DNA from: Octopus sinensis
Lineage: Eukaryota
NCBI RefSeq assembly: GCF_006345805.1
Contig: NC_043013.1
Span: forward strand, 27,652,001 to 27,716,000
Direction of reading: 5' to 3'
DNA length: 64,000 bases
Position numbers and translations under genes: made by a program. Shown piece by piece: positions 11,085 to 24,683 of this stretch. Position 1 is the first letter of the stretch, and every line of letters begins with the position of its first letter. Under the pieces are notes generated by a model. It made no database searches. It saw nothing but the letters and a program-made list of their open reading frames with translations, and was not told where the DNA came from.

Positions 11085-12429
11085 CACTTTAACTTGGTTT
11101 GTTGTCTCTTGTGTTCTACAAGTAGATGTTGTCAGGGACAGGAGCATCGCCGAGAATGAACGGTACTTTGTTTTCTTAACTGTCACATAAGCTGCTTATA
11201 AGTTAGAGCAAGTGGTTTGTTTATTTTTTATTATTCTTTTTTTTTTGTGGTGGGTGTGGAGAAAAGCATTGACAATCACGTAAACTATCCAAGTCGTGAT
11301 AAACTTTTATTTTCATGTCCAATCAACATTACGGTGGTTTAAGCTCCACCTTTACGATAACACTACAACAAACCAACGCGGTAGTCCCCCACAAAGTCAC
11401 ACGTGTGTTAGAAACAACAGCTCAATCTCCCACAAATCACATCCTACCGGTCTTAAAAAAGAAAGACACATCGATTAATGCTGTCGAAGATAAAAGAAAG
11501 ACACATTAAACTAATATGGTCTTAGACGAAAGAAACACATTAATTCATATGGTCCAAGATATACTGTGTAAAAATCCTGAAAATAAAAGCTGGGATGGCT
11601 GGATGGTTGGAACGTCGTTAATCACAGGTCTTCCTGAACAGGGTTGACCTGGGGTTAAATAACGGCAGCAACAAAAACAATCCGAAATGTAGATCGCAAT
11701 ACGGCACAACTATACGCTTCATATTTCTATTCATAACGTGCAGTCGGTATTGTGATAAAACAAATGACGATTATAATAGAAGTAATCTGAGGTATTCAGA
11801 ATAATTTGTGTTAAGAATGAATTAATTAACGATTAATTAAATTATTACCATATAATTTTGAAGGAAACAAAAAAAAAAAAAGGAAGCATTTCTAATTTCA
11901 CAATGAGAAAAAAAAAGAGTAGATTTTTATGAAGATATTTTATTGAATAGAGGAAAATGTATTTTTTTCTGTTAATGCCTCAAGACCTTTTAAAAAAAAG
12001 TATGTATGAATTTAGCCACTTTTAAAAAAGATTTTAAAGGATTTCTGTCAAACGACTGAAATAGTTTGTAATAGGCTACAACGAAGAGAATAACTGTTTT
12101 TCATGTTAAATGTTTTTTTTTTTGCCTATATTATTAATTGGTAAATATAAATGAAACGATACTTGAAAACAATTTGTGATCAAGATGAATAGAGAGGAAG
12201 CTGTGTAAACTGGTGAACTGAAATGATAAAAAGTAGCAGAGGAAAGATTTCTGTAAAATGACTGTAATTGATGTATGATATAACAAGACTAATTGTTTTC
12301 CACAATAAATGTTTTTTTTTTTCTTCTTTACTTATCGATGTCGTTAATTGATAAATATAAATAAAACGATGCTTGAAAACAATCGGTAATGAATAGAGAG
12401 GAAGCACTATAACTAAGACAATTAAAAAA

Positions 12430-12850
12430 TAAAATGGGGGGGTAAAGCAATGTAACCCCGAAGAAAGCACGTCAGATGCGGCAGTTGCTGCCGCTCTGAT
12501 TAAATGTTTTATCGAGGTTGAATTACGAAAGTCGAACCCCAGCGAAAGACGAGACACGCGCAGAGGGAGAAGTACTAAACTGCTGGAAGAGCTGACATGC
12601 GCAATGTTTGCCCACTCTCGTGGGTTATCGTTTCCAGACGCCATTATCGCCGATTCACTTTTCCTCGAGACGCAAGACGTGATTTGGCTGAAACATTTGA
12701 CTCTCGTAGCGCCAAACTGTGCAGACGTCCTATTTTAGTGTAAGTTTTGTTTTGAATTGTTACTTGAAGGATTTTGGTCGCCCAGGCACCTTTCTTAGTA
12801 TCACTTCCGAAGCTGTTTGTCTTCGAAGTGCGGCATGAGGATTCAAAAAT
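12430..12850. promoter_or_regulatory. CpG-enriched candidate promoter / non-coding first exon between the divergent KDELC-like and BANP genes
   Basis: CG dinucleotides are visibly denser than in the AT-rich, CpG-poor background. Motifs: YY1-like CGCCATT 12639-12645, ETS-like CACTTCCG 12802-12809, CACGTCA 12468-12474, and a + strand donor GTAAGT at 12740. Confidence 0.5.
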
Positions 12851-14539
12851 CTGCTCGATGCACCAATTTCAGTACAATTTCATATATTGACACAAAAATC
12901 TCAAAAAAAAAAAGAAAAAAAAAAGGACAATGATCCATCAACTAAAGTCCTTAACTACTTCGAAGTGGAGGGTCAGCTTATAGTCCTGATGCCTCCATAT
13001 AATATAACATTATTGCACGCACGCTGAGAATAAGAGCGAATAATAACGTTTAATGATGTCAGTTATGAAATATGAGGAAGCTTTTCGTTGAAGCTACCAA
13101 CCAGAGTGCCATCTATCTACGTAGTGCTGCTCCCTCATTTTGTGATCACTTTCTTATTTCTTTGCTTCATCACCACCAAACCAACACGCATGTTTTGGGT
13201 TTTAATTTGTCATCGTCTGCTAGACATATCTGTCTCCTTCATCACAGGAATCTTCTCACAAGTTATTTCTATAGATTTGTGTGTTTATTACATATAAATA
13301 TTATCCTCTATCCGATTTCCTGATAACATCTCACTACCCTCTTGGTTACTTTCCGGAAATAACTTTACTTGCCATGGCATGCGTAACTTTTATTTACTTC
13401 ACATTTTTTTTGAAACAAAATAAACTATTTTTTCAAAGTTTCATAATTCTTATTCAATCAACTCCCCACTAAAAAGAAATTAAAAAGAGTGAGAGAGAGA
13501 GAGCTTTTATCTCCATTGATAAACATACCTAGTTTGTTAATGTTGATCGGGCAATAATCTACTCCCTTGTTTTGTACTCATTTTAGATGTCAAGAGTGAA
13601 TGATTTATTTTTTTTACAAAGGTCATTAAAAATATTACAAAATAACCAAATTTCAAACTAGTTAGATCCTAAATAGATATTTCTGAAATAAGAATAGTGA
13701 AGAATGGTGTAAAATGCCCGCATAACTCTAAAGAGCCAGTTTCCTTCCGGTTAAGTGTTCCTCTAAAACAATGGAATGTTATCTTTGGTTTATCATCACG
13801 TTTGTTTATCCAAAAGTTACATTTCATATTGCATGGGCATATCACAGTTTATTTGGTAAATCAGCTTTTTAAATCCACATTTTATTTTTGTAGCTTCTAA
13901 GTTAAATAGTTTAATAACTACCAAAGCAACAACAGCAGCAAAAAAACATTGATTTTTTTTTCAAGAACATTCTAATTCAATCGGTGTTTCATCTTTTAGT
14001 TTATAGTTTATCTGACCTTACTAAGCAAATGTTCAATTTATTTGGCAATATAACAAATATTTTACATATTGTACTTTAGCTACCCTCGCATTTTCATACA
14101 TTTTAGTGCTTTGGTGAGATTGACATAACCAAATAGCTGAGAATCTTATCAGCTGTTGCTCACCATCTGATGATGGTGATGTTCTTAAAACTCTGTGTAA
14201 AAATATATCCAGAATACATATCTTTGGTGAATCATTTTTTTAAAACCAAATTTTGTAATAAAAGATAAATTAGATATCAGGGATTCTCATTAATTAAGGT
14301 CATTCATTACTATAAGGATGGATATCTTAGTCTTTTCTAAGTGAGTTAAAAGATAAGACTAAAAGATGTATAACTTTAATAGTAGGAACAATGCAGAAAC
14401 TGAGGGGTTCTTAGGGAGCAAGAAACATTTAGAAGAATTAAAGATTTCTCAGATACATATTCTCAAATGAAAGTATATGAAAAAAGGATCATGTAAGATC
14501 ACAATAGATGTAAATGAAGAGGAGTCTTTGGGTACTTTG

Positions 14540-15090
14540 GTAGCAATACATATATCTTTGGATCTAAAGTTAGATCATGATATGGACATCGGTTATTAAA
14601 TATAGTGTAGCAAACAGGTTACTGAATGTACAGTTGTACCTAGGGGCAGACTGAGAGTATTAAGAACCCTCGAGCATAACTGTTTACCAGGCCCCTTTGA
14701 ATGTGTGTTTTAGTAGAATTAATATGTAGAGTGTGGGCCCCTCAGAGCTCTCGGGCAGTGCCCAATTGACCGATGGCTCAATCCACCCCTGGTTGTATCT
14801 GTGTAGTGGTGGTTAACATTGGTTACTAAATATACAGTAGTATTAGTATAGTGGTAGCAAATATTGCTTACTAAATATACAGTAAACCAAGGTAGTGCTT
14901 GTGGAATTAGTTACCAAATAGATTGTAGTACCAGTGCAATTGTAGTGGATATTGCTAAGTGTATGGTGGTACACACTATTGGTAGTAGACATTGATCACT
15001 GAATATATTATGGTACTAGCATAGTGGAAGTGTATATGGTTACTAAATATATAGTGGTACCAGTGGGGTGGACATTGGTTATTTAATATA
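14540..15090. repeat. Degenerate minisatellite (~35-45 bp units, ..CATTGGTTACTAAATATA..GTGGTA..)
   Basis: GGTTACTAAATATA and variants recur many times on both sides of the MITE at 14641-14791. Confidence 0.6.
14641..14791. mobile_element. hAT-like MITE, 151 bp
   Basis: Imperfect TIRs TAGGGGCAGACTGAG / CTCAATCCACCCCTG. The flanking 8-bp duplication is GTTGTACC (14633-14640) / GTTGTATC (14792-14799). Confidence 0.65.
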
Positions 15091-15097
15091 CAGCAAT

Positions 15098-15310
15098 GGC
15101 GAGCTGGCAGAAATGTTAGCACTCCGGGACAACATGCTTAGCAGTATTTCATCTGTCTTTACGTTCTGAGTTCAAATTCCACTGAGGTCGACTGCCTTTC
15201 ATCTTTTCGGGGTCGATAAATTAAGTACCAGTTGCATACTGGAGTTGATCTAATCGACTGCCTCTACCAATCACCCAAAATTTCTGGCCTTGTGTCTAGA
15301 GTAGAAAAGA
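15098..15310 (+). mobile_element. tRNA-derived SINE with Nin/Deu-like central domain
   Basis: GGCGAGCTGGCAGAA..GAGTTCAAATTCC..GCCTTTCATC.TTTCGGGGTCGATAAATTAAGTACCAG. Further copies lie at ~29700, ~57655 and inverted at ~44385-44537, ~46010-46222, ~52215-52430 and ~60830-61050. The domain assignment is from memory. Confidence 0.8.
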
Positions 15311-18300
15311 ATATACAGCAGTATCTCTATGATAATGGTGGATATCAGTTACATGAAAAGTAGTTGAAAATGGTGGAAAGTTAAAAGAATATAAGGAAGA
15401 ACAGTAGGTAAAACAGTTTAGTCTTGAGAATATCATCAGATCCTGGAAGATGAAGATCAGTATGAAAGGCACCTTGGACTATTGTCTTCTAGAGTCCCAG
15501 GCTGACCAAAACCTGTGAGTGAATTTGGTAAACAGAAACATGTTATATCAAGGTACTTTGGTGACCTTGTCAGTGATAGTGCCATGTGAAAAGCATTGGT
15601 GCTGGTGCTACATAAAAAAGTATTCAGTACACTCTGTAAAGTGGTTGGTGTTTGGAAGGGTGTCCAGCTGTAGAAATGTCAAAACACACAATGGAGCCTC
15701 ATATGGCTCTCAGCCTTGCCAGCTCCTGTCAAACCGTACAACCCATGCTAGCATGGAAAATAGGCATTAAATGATAATTATATGTGTGTCTATGTTTGTC
15801 CATTCCTACCACTTGACAACTGGGGGTGGTTTGTTTACATCCCCATAACTTAGTGTTTCAGCAAAAAGCAATTGGTAAGATAAGTACAAGACATAAAAAA
15901 ATAAGCATTAGGATTGATTTGTTTGATTAAATCCATCAAGGTGGTGCTCCAGCATGACAGCAGTCAAATGACTGAAACAAGTCAAAAATAAAGAGGTGTT
16001 TTATTCACAACTCAGAATACAAGCTTTCTACACATCTTCATCATCATCATCATCATTTAACATCTGCTTTACATGCTGGCATGGGTTAGATGGCTTGACT
16101 GGAACTGGTAAGTCAGAGAGCTGCACCAAATTCCAGTCCGATTTGGCTCAATTTCTACAGCTGGCATGATTGTTTTCATCAAAGTTCAAACATCTATGAT
16201 TGTTTAGCTGTAGGTCAGATCTGTAATGACAAGCCCTTCTAACCATGACTATGTCATCTTTTCTTCTGGAACAATGTACTCCTGACAACATTGTCCAATC
16301 TGAAATTTTATTTAACAATAGACTTGAGGGAGATTTGACTTTTATTTCTAGCTGGCCAAGTAACCAAGTAGAGACTCCTTCATTTTTCCCATGATGGTTT
16401 TTTATTTTCGGATTGAACAGATCTACTGTACATCATCACTGCTTGCAACAGAGGCAATATCATATTAATATAATTTTGTAAGATAGCTTCTAATCAGTAT
16501 AGAACAACTTCTAATTGTTCAAAATAACTTCTGGGCTTTTCAGTCCAATTGTTAAATTAACTAGAAAAAAAAGAAATATATATTTGTTTTTAAATTTGGC
16601 ATATTTTTATTTAATTATCTTATATGATTGTCAAGTTTATAATTAGATTTATATAATTAAACTAATTAGGATAAGACAGGTGGTAGATACAGCATGATGT
16701 TTGAGACTAATACTTTTTCACTGATGATGTGCATGCTTTAGAAGTATTTCTGTGTGATATTGCAATACCTGCAGCCACGCAATCTAAATTACTGCAAACT
16801 GAAAGGACAATCCTCTGCATCATTTATGTTCACCTTCGTGTAACTTGCAGGTATGCCCTGACACATCTTCATCACCACCGTCATCTTCATCACCAAGTCA
16901 TCTGTTCTTGGTATAAAGCCACGTCTGTCAGTACTACCCCCACCTCTATAGTTGAAGGGGTCTTGCCTTGCAGGTTACTTGGTGACCTTACTATTGCTGG
17001 TGCTATGTAAAATGCACCCAGTACACTCTAAAGTGGTTGGTATCAGCAAGGACATCCAGATGTAAAAATGATGCCAAAGTAGACATTGGGAGCTAAGTGC
17101 AGTCCTCTGGCCTGCTGGCTTCTGTCCAACCCATGCCAGCATAGAAAATGGGTGTTAAATGGGAATGATGGTGTGTTTATAGAATTGAGTGTACTTCAGT
17201 TATTGTTATTAGTTTTAATTAGCCATAGTAAGTTCTTTCCCATATGGCAGTGGTATTCTCTTTACAATTTATAAAAGATGACATAGAATATTGGGAATTT
17301 GATAGTGCAGGCTCCTCTGTTTCACATATTTTCAATATATTTTGTATGAACCAGTGAGGGAGTGTCTATGCGGTTGCTCAAACAGCTAGAGGTAGAAGCC
17401 AAATCTACCCCAATATCACTGTCTTACAATCTTGAGAAGCAGGGACACAATGGATATAGGGGTTCTGACAGGCTGCAGCATCATTGATCATAAGTCTGCT
17501 TGATTAGTGCTGACCTTTGGCTAAACATTATTATTCTACAATCAATTTACCAAGGCTGGTCTCTTGCAATGGATTACAAGGTTGGTGAACACTATTACTT
17601 TAAGTAAACCCAGTCTGATTAATGTAAAATCTTGAAATTTTAGCTGTTAGACATATAGAAACTACTGACCACAGGTAAGTTCTTGGGCATGAAGCTGGTG
17701 GTGTTGTTAATTTAAGCAGATTGGCAGAAATAATAAACTGTTGAACAAAATCATCATCATTATTATTTAATGTTTATTTTCCATACCGGCATGGATTGGA
17801 TGGTTTGACAGGGTCAGATAACTCACAGGGCTACACCAAGCTCCAGTGTCAGCTTTAATATGGTTTTTATGACTGGATGCCCTTAATGACAACCAGTTTA
17901 CAGAGTGTACTGGATGTATTTTTTTGGAATCACCAGCACTAGTGAGATTGCCACATAATTTGCAAAACAGAAGAACAAGGAAAAAATAAAGAGAAGTTCC
18001 TGCTTCTACGTATGTGTTTGTGAGCTTTATACCAAGTGTTCAAGGCAAGTATGATAGAGGGACAAGAGTAAGGGTTTGAAATTAAAATGTAGAGCTGGCA
18101 TGCCAGTCTTTTATTAGACAAAATAGTCATAACTTTTGTCGTAAGATGAGTTTTAATTGACTATATCTTACCCACAAATATGAGGGCTTGTGCTTTTATT
18201 TGAAATAATATTAGTTAAGATATTAAAACTGAAAATGCAGTAAGACTAAGGGAGAGATGAGAAGTATATGATCTACTTAAATCTAGCAAGCAAACTGGTT

Positions 18301-19428
18301 GACTGGATATTAAAAAATTACCAGAAGTTAGTTTATTTCTTCAACAGAAGACTGATGAAAGATGAGGATAACAACCAAACAAATATCGTCCTAGATTGAT
18401 GTTGGGTTGTAACCAGGTAAAACTGATCTTTGGTTACAGATAGAATAATATTAAGAAATGAGATGTTAGTATTACATTAAAATTTATGTCAATGAATAGT
18501 GAAATATGGCTATTGTTTAGATATCCATTTTATAATGATGGATTAGCTTTTTGGATAAGATTCCTATACTTAGGATAAAATTCTTGTTTTGAAATAAACT
18601 CTCTTATCATCATCATCATTTTAATAGTCACTTTTCCATGCTCACATAGGTCAGATGTAATTAGTTGAGGCAGATTTTGCATGGCTAGATGCCCTTCCTG
18701 CCACCAGCTCTTACTTGGTTCCACATAAGGTTATATTTCTCTATGACCAGACATGTTTTCAAATGAAGGACACCACTTGCATGATGGTGACACTTGTTTA
18801 CAACTATTACACAGTGTCAATGCAAAGAGACAGTAACACACACACTCACATACAATGACTGCCTTCTTTCAGTCTCCATCTACCAAATCCACTCAGAAGG
18901 CTTTGGTTGGCTCCGAACTATAGTAGAAGACACTTGGTGAAGGTGCCATGCAGTGACACTGAACCCAGAATCATGTGGTTGGGAAGCAAACTTCTTATCA
19001 TATAGCCACATCGTTAACTTTTGGTCAGTCCTGACCCAAAAATGTTCTAAGCATGAGTCCACAATTTTTCCTTTTCAAACTGTATCTAGGGTTACACTAT
19101 CCATTATAGGGTGTTATTTGGAGAAGATTTGGTTGCTATTTCCAGCAAATCAGGTGACCGCATTAGACTGGTTTCCTAATTGGTTTTACTTGATTTGTTT
19201 CCTCCAAGTAAAGGTGTGTGGCCTAGTGGTTAGAGTGTTGCACAAGATCATGGTTTCAATCCCCAGATCAGACAGTTTGTTGTTTTCTTGAGCAAAACAC
19301 TTCGTCACATGTTGCTTTGCAATTATTCCAACATCAGACATGTGGCACACCATGCACCTGTACAGGTACTATTGATTTGATGGAGGGAGCGAGCTAATGT
19401 GCAGCAAAAACATTTGATCACTATAAGC

Positions 19429-19866
19429 CAGGGGTGGGGAAACGCATGCCTGCGGGTTGGTAAACTCGTATGTACAAAATAAGTAGATTTTTCAGTTATA
19501 AAATTTATACAATATTCGTGCGACATAGGTCATGTTTCCATTATGACTTAAAATGATTAGACTCGAACTGAAAATTGTCCTGTTATTTCCATTTGAATGG
19601 AAGTTTTGTTTTCACTCTAAAACACGTATTGCTAGGTTTGTACCACCCCCTTGAGACCCAACTACACTCTAGCTGAAAAATATAGAATACCGCATAAGTA
19701 ATATAAACATCCTAAATTCAGTGGCAGTGTTAATGAAGATGTGAGGCATTAATTTAATGTGTTAAACTTACCTTTATTAATGTATATCAAATTATACGTG
19801 ATCCACCCGCTTATCTTTTTCTTTGGAAACTTTTTCCCACTGCACTAAAAAGTTTCCTCCCCCCTG
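19429..19866. mobile_element. hAT-like non-autonomous element nested in a SINE
   Basis: Termini CAGGGGTGGGGAA / TTCCTCCCCCCTG and an 8-bp duplication CTATAAGC (19421-19428) / CTATAAAC (19867-19874). The host SINE resumes after it; an uninterrupted relative lies at ~54220-54520. Confidence 0.7.
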
Positions 19867-19936
19867 CTATAAACAAATCATCTTTGTAAATTGTTCAGCA
19901 AAAAGTTGTCTTTCTTAGACTGCAAGAAACCACCAA

Positions 19937-19971
<35 letters not shown>

Positions 19972-22900
19972 CAGAAAAATGCTTAGTGCATTTTGCCTGT
20001 CTTTATAGTTTGAGGTCAAATTTGCCTTTCCTCCTTTCAGGTTTGATAGCATAAGTCGTTGAGTGCTGGGGTCAATGTAATCAACTAGCCCCTCCCCCAA
20101 ATTTCAGACCTTGTGCCTATAGTAGAAAAAAAATATTATTATTTGTAAGAAAATTTATAATTGATAGGAAAGCTTGGAGAGTGTTTGTGGATGGATGAGT
20201 GAATTTGATGCTGCTTAAAGGGATGTGCAATCAGCATGATGTGGTGGGGGTAAACCGGCATATGTTGTCAGGCCCTGCTGCTGATATTGGGGGTTGCGTT
20301 CTATGCCTTGCCCCAAGCATAGAATGGGACTTGCTTCTTTGAGCTGGGAAATGAATGGAATGTCTGGTGTGTGTCTTCTAGCTACCTCCTCCTAAAAAAA
20401 TGGAGAATAGGCCTGGGTATATAAAAAAAATTATTATCATTATTCCTCAAATGGAACTGAATAAGAAATATAAAAAGACAAGCATCAGCTTCTTCATTTG
20501 ACTATTCTTATGAAATGTAATACTTATAGTCAAATTTGGATATTGTTTAAGTGGATGATATTGGAAATATATATACACAGTAATATGCTGAATAAGGTGT
20601 GCAATAACAAAATTGCAGAAATTATAGTAAATATGTAAATCTTTTATCGTTTACTTGTTTCAGTCATTAGACTGAGGTCATGCTGGGGCATCACCTTGAA
20701 TTTTAGTCAAATGTTTTGACTACCAATACTTTTTTTTTCTTTAAAGCCTGGTTTGCCAAACCACTAAGTTATAGTGACATAAACACATCAGCACCAATTG
20801 TCAAGCAGTGTGTGTGTATGTGGGACAAACAGACTAAGACACACATACATAAGCATATGTATATATATAATGGGCTTCTTTCAGTTTCCAATTACCAAAT
20901 GGGTTCAATCTCGCTGCATGGTACCTTGGGCAAAATGTCTTCTACTATAGCTCAGGTCAAGGCCAGCCAAAGGCTTGTGAGTGGATTGGGTAGACAGAAA
21001 CTTAAAGAAGCTATCAGATATATATATATACATATACATATATGTATATATATATACATACACACATATACATATAAATATATAGTCGGGGTATATTTCC
21101 GCTGGATCTACTTCATGAATTCTGCAGTTGATGAATGAATAAAGACTAATGCCAAATCTATCTTCCACTTCATTCATCAATTATTATTATTATATTATAT
21201 ATATATATATATCGGTGGCACATAAAAAGCACCATCTGAACGTGGCCGATGCCAGCGCCGTCTTGACTGGCTTCTGTGCTGGTGGCACGTAAAAAGCACC
21301 AGCTGATTGTGACCGTTACCAGCCTCCCCTTGCACCTGTGCTGTTGGCAGGTAAAAAGTACCCACTACACTCACGGAGTGGTTGAGGTTAGGAAGGGCAT
21401 CCAGCTGTAGAAACACTGCCAGGTCAGACTGGAGCCTGGTGCAGCCTCCTGGCTTCCCAGACCCTGGTTACACCATCCAAACCATGCTAGCATGGAAAAC
21501 GGACGTTAAACGATGATGATATATATATATAGGTGTGTGTGTTTGTGTCTCCTTGCCTTGATATGGCATGATAGGTGTAAGTGAATGTATCTCATGCAAG
21601 TGGTGTCTTTCATACTCAATCTTCCATGAAAACCTGTCTGGTGATGAGGAAATATTACCTCACGTGAAAATAGGTGAGGATTGATCACAAGAAGGGCATC
21701 CAGCTGTAGAAAATTAATTTCAATGAAATTCTGTTTGACCCATGTGAGCATGGAAAAATGAATTTTAAAATAATGAGGATAATGATGGTCTACATTATAT
21801 TTTGAAGAAAATGCAGTGAGTTTGTGATTACACCTTTTGTCCGGAATTATTGTTTTTTTTTGTTTTTTGTTTTTTGACATATTTTTTACAAACACTCTCC
21901 ACCAAAACATCTACCTCTAACTTTATAAACTGCAGTTCTGGTTCACAGATAGGGTCACATGGAAATTTTTTTTCTTTGGATTATTATTTCCCTTGAAGCT
22001 ATGGTGTAAAATGCAATACTGGAAAATACTTAATCATTGAAATCATACCAATGAAAATTGCGGGATGACAATGGCAACAGAAGTCAATGCAAGTGGTCAG
22101 CCTTTTAACTCAGATTTCATCCATTTTTGCCTCATATTTCATTGAAATTATTCTGAGTGTGTGTGTGTAAACTCAGGCATGGCTGTGTGGTAAGGAATTT
22201 GCTCTCAGTCACATGGTTTCAGGTTTTGTCCCACTGCATGGCATATTGAGCATGTGCTTTCCACAAGTGCCTCAGACTGACTAAAGTCTTGTGAGTGGAT
22301 TTGGTAGATGGAAACTGAAAGAAGCCCATCATATTGGTGCCTGTATGTGTCACTTTGTCTTGACATCACATGATAATTGTGAATGAATGTCACTGTCATA
22401 TAAGCTGTGTTGTTCATTTACAGTATTTTGCAAAAAAATGTCTGGTATTGAGGAGATATCACCTTGCTTGGAAACAGGTGAAGGTTGGCAGCAGTAAGGG
22501 CCTCTGGCCATAGAAAACCTGCCCCAAACTCTGTCTGAAAAGTAAATGTTAAAAGCATGGTGATGGTGATATATTTTCTTTTCATGAGTTAGTCAGAGAA
22601 CAAGGGTACATACTCCCAGATAGGTTGGCTGTGACAAGTGTCCAGTCAAAACAAATGCAAGTCAATCTGCAGTAAAACTTGAACGAGGGTGAGGAACAAA
22701 GGGCTTTAGTTCTTGCAAAGGAGAAAACTTTACTGAAGGCACTCATGGTGATGGTGTTAGACCAGGCCTACTATTCAAGTTAAGTATTTGATTATTAAAT
22801 GAATTACTTTCTTGAAGTAATTCAAAACTTTTGTTGTTGCAGAAAATAAATGGTTGTGAGTTTAACCCTTTTGTTACCACATTTCTATTGAAATAACATT

Positions 22901-23943
22901 GCCTTTGTTTCAATTAATATTAAATTAATTTTGAAAATAATGAAAAAAATTTAGCAAAATCACTTAGTCACTATTAAGCTGGTCTTTGGAACATAAATTA
23001 ACATGAAACTTTGAAGGAAGGTTTTAATTTGGATCACTTTAAAATGGGAAGTTTGCATAATGGAATGAAAGGCAGGTTGGTATCAAAATGGTGAAGATGT
23101 TAGATTCTAATCGGGTCATATTACAACCATTGAAACCATATTGTAATGTATTACTGAGCAAGGTAACAACTGACACCAATTTGCCTCTCTGCTAAATACA
23201 AATTCCACTGCTGCTTTGATGGTTGAACAAGTGGGAGCCATGAAGGAAAGGGCATCCATCTGTAAGAGTTGACAAAGCAATTTCTTAAATAAAACAATTA
23301 ACCAACCCTTGCAAGTATGGAAAAATAGTTGTAAAAAGATGTGTGACATACCTTTCTTTCAGAGAGTTACGAAAGTGATGTTCAATCATTACAATCAAGA
23401 ATTGACTCTTGTAACAGACTTTTGTCACATGGAGCTAAATGTGTGCGTAAAGCTGAGTGCTTAAGTGTTTCACAATCATAATGCCATGTATGGCACCTTG
23501 GGCTTCTTTTCCTATCTTAGCCTCAGATTGACCCAAGCTTTGGGAGTGAAAATGGCTTAATAGAAACTATGGAATTCTAGCATTGTCCCATAAATTATCA
23601 TACTGATTCTGCTTGAGAATTACTTTAAAATGTAATATTCAAATTGTTTTGAATGAATCATGCATTATCTTATAGTTTTGAAATTTCAATGTAGTGGTTG
23701 TTTACATTGTAGAATAGGTGTGAGAGGCCAGATCTGACCAGTTTGAACATGCAACATGGAGAATATCTTGGCCAGTTTAAATGCTAAAGGGTTAAGGATA
23801 CAATTTTCACTATAAATACTAAACCACTCTGAGATAACCATTCTTAAAACTACAGTGAAGTTCAGGTCTGTACATGTTTCTGTAACCATTTTGTTCATAG
23901 CTGAATTCAAATTTGTTATTTGTTATTCTATTCTCAGGGAGGA

Positions 23944-24039
23944 ATGAATGAAAACAATGTTGATATCGGCATTGCTGCTACCACTTTAAAGCCAACACCA
24001 GAAGAAATCACTGTCAGTGTTCCGGAAAATGTGACAGCA
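23944..24039 (+). CDS. BANP: BANP coding exon 1 (MNENNVDIG..PENVTA)
   Basis: Acceptor TTCTCAG at 23937, ATG at 23944, donor GTAAGA at 24040, phase 0 matching the next exon. No homology recognised. Confidence 0.65.
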
Positions 24040-24683
24040 GTAAGAAATATTTCAGTCTCTTATTCTAAATACATTGAAAATTTTCAAAAAATACCTTATT
24101 GATGTCTTTTCTTTCTATCTGTAAAGTAAAGCAAAACAGAAGAGTTTGTTCATGAAATATTTAGTTACAACATCTTAAGTGCATTTCATTAACAATAAAA
24201 AAAAAGAAACAGTTATATAAGGGAAAACCTTAGTAGCTGATTGCATTGGCAACTTTTCAAACATTGTGTAACTCTCATTAGTAATCTTTAGTATTTATAC
24301 AGAATTGTGAACAGTATTATGCAGAGTTATGCAATCTCTGAAGATTTGACTGTGCAATAATTTTCAAAGAGTTATAGAACTGGTACTTTCCATTGTCAAT
24401 GAAATATGCATAAGATGACATAAATATTTTAGGAATAAAGTGTTCAGTTTTGTTTTATTTTCTGTATGTACTCTGACCTAGCTGCTGCTAAGTCTAACCT
24501 TTGGTCATGCAAGAATACACATGGAGTTTTAAATACTAATTGTTTGCCATGCAATTGAAATTTAAACTGCATTATTTATACAGGTGTGGATGTGTGTTGC
24601 AGCCAGTTGCTCAAACATAGATGTGAAACACTGTTTTTTTATTTCTTTTACCCTCCTGTCATTTTAACCCTGAAGAGAGATTC

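Noticed and set aside
11318-11340. CCAAT upstream of the KDELC-like gene as a possible ERSE
   Set aside because: CCAAT-N9 is followed by GGTGG, not CCACG.
12180-12644. 154-aa - strand ORF starting ATGGCG in the promoter region
   Set aside because: No recognisable homology, and it runs into AT-rich duplicated sequence. The ATGGCG is equally explained as a YY1-type motif.
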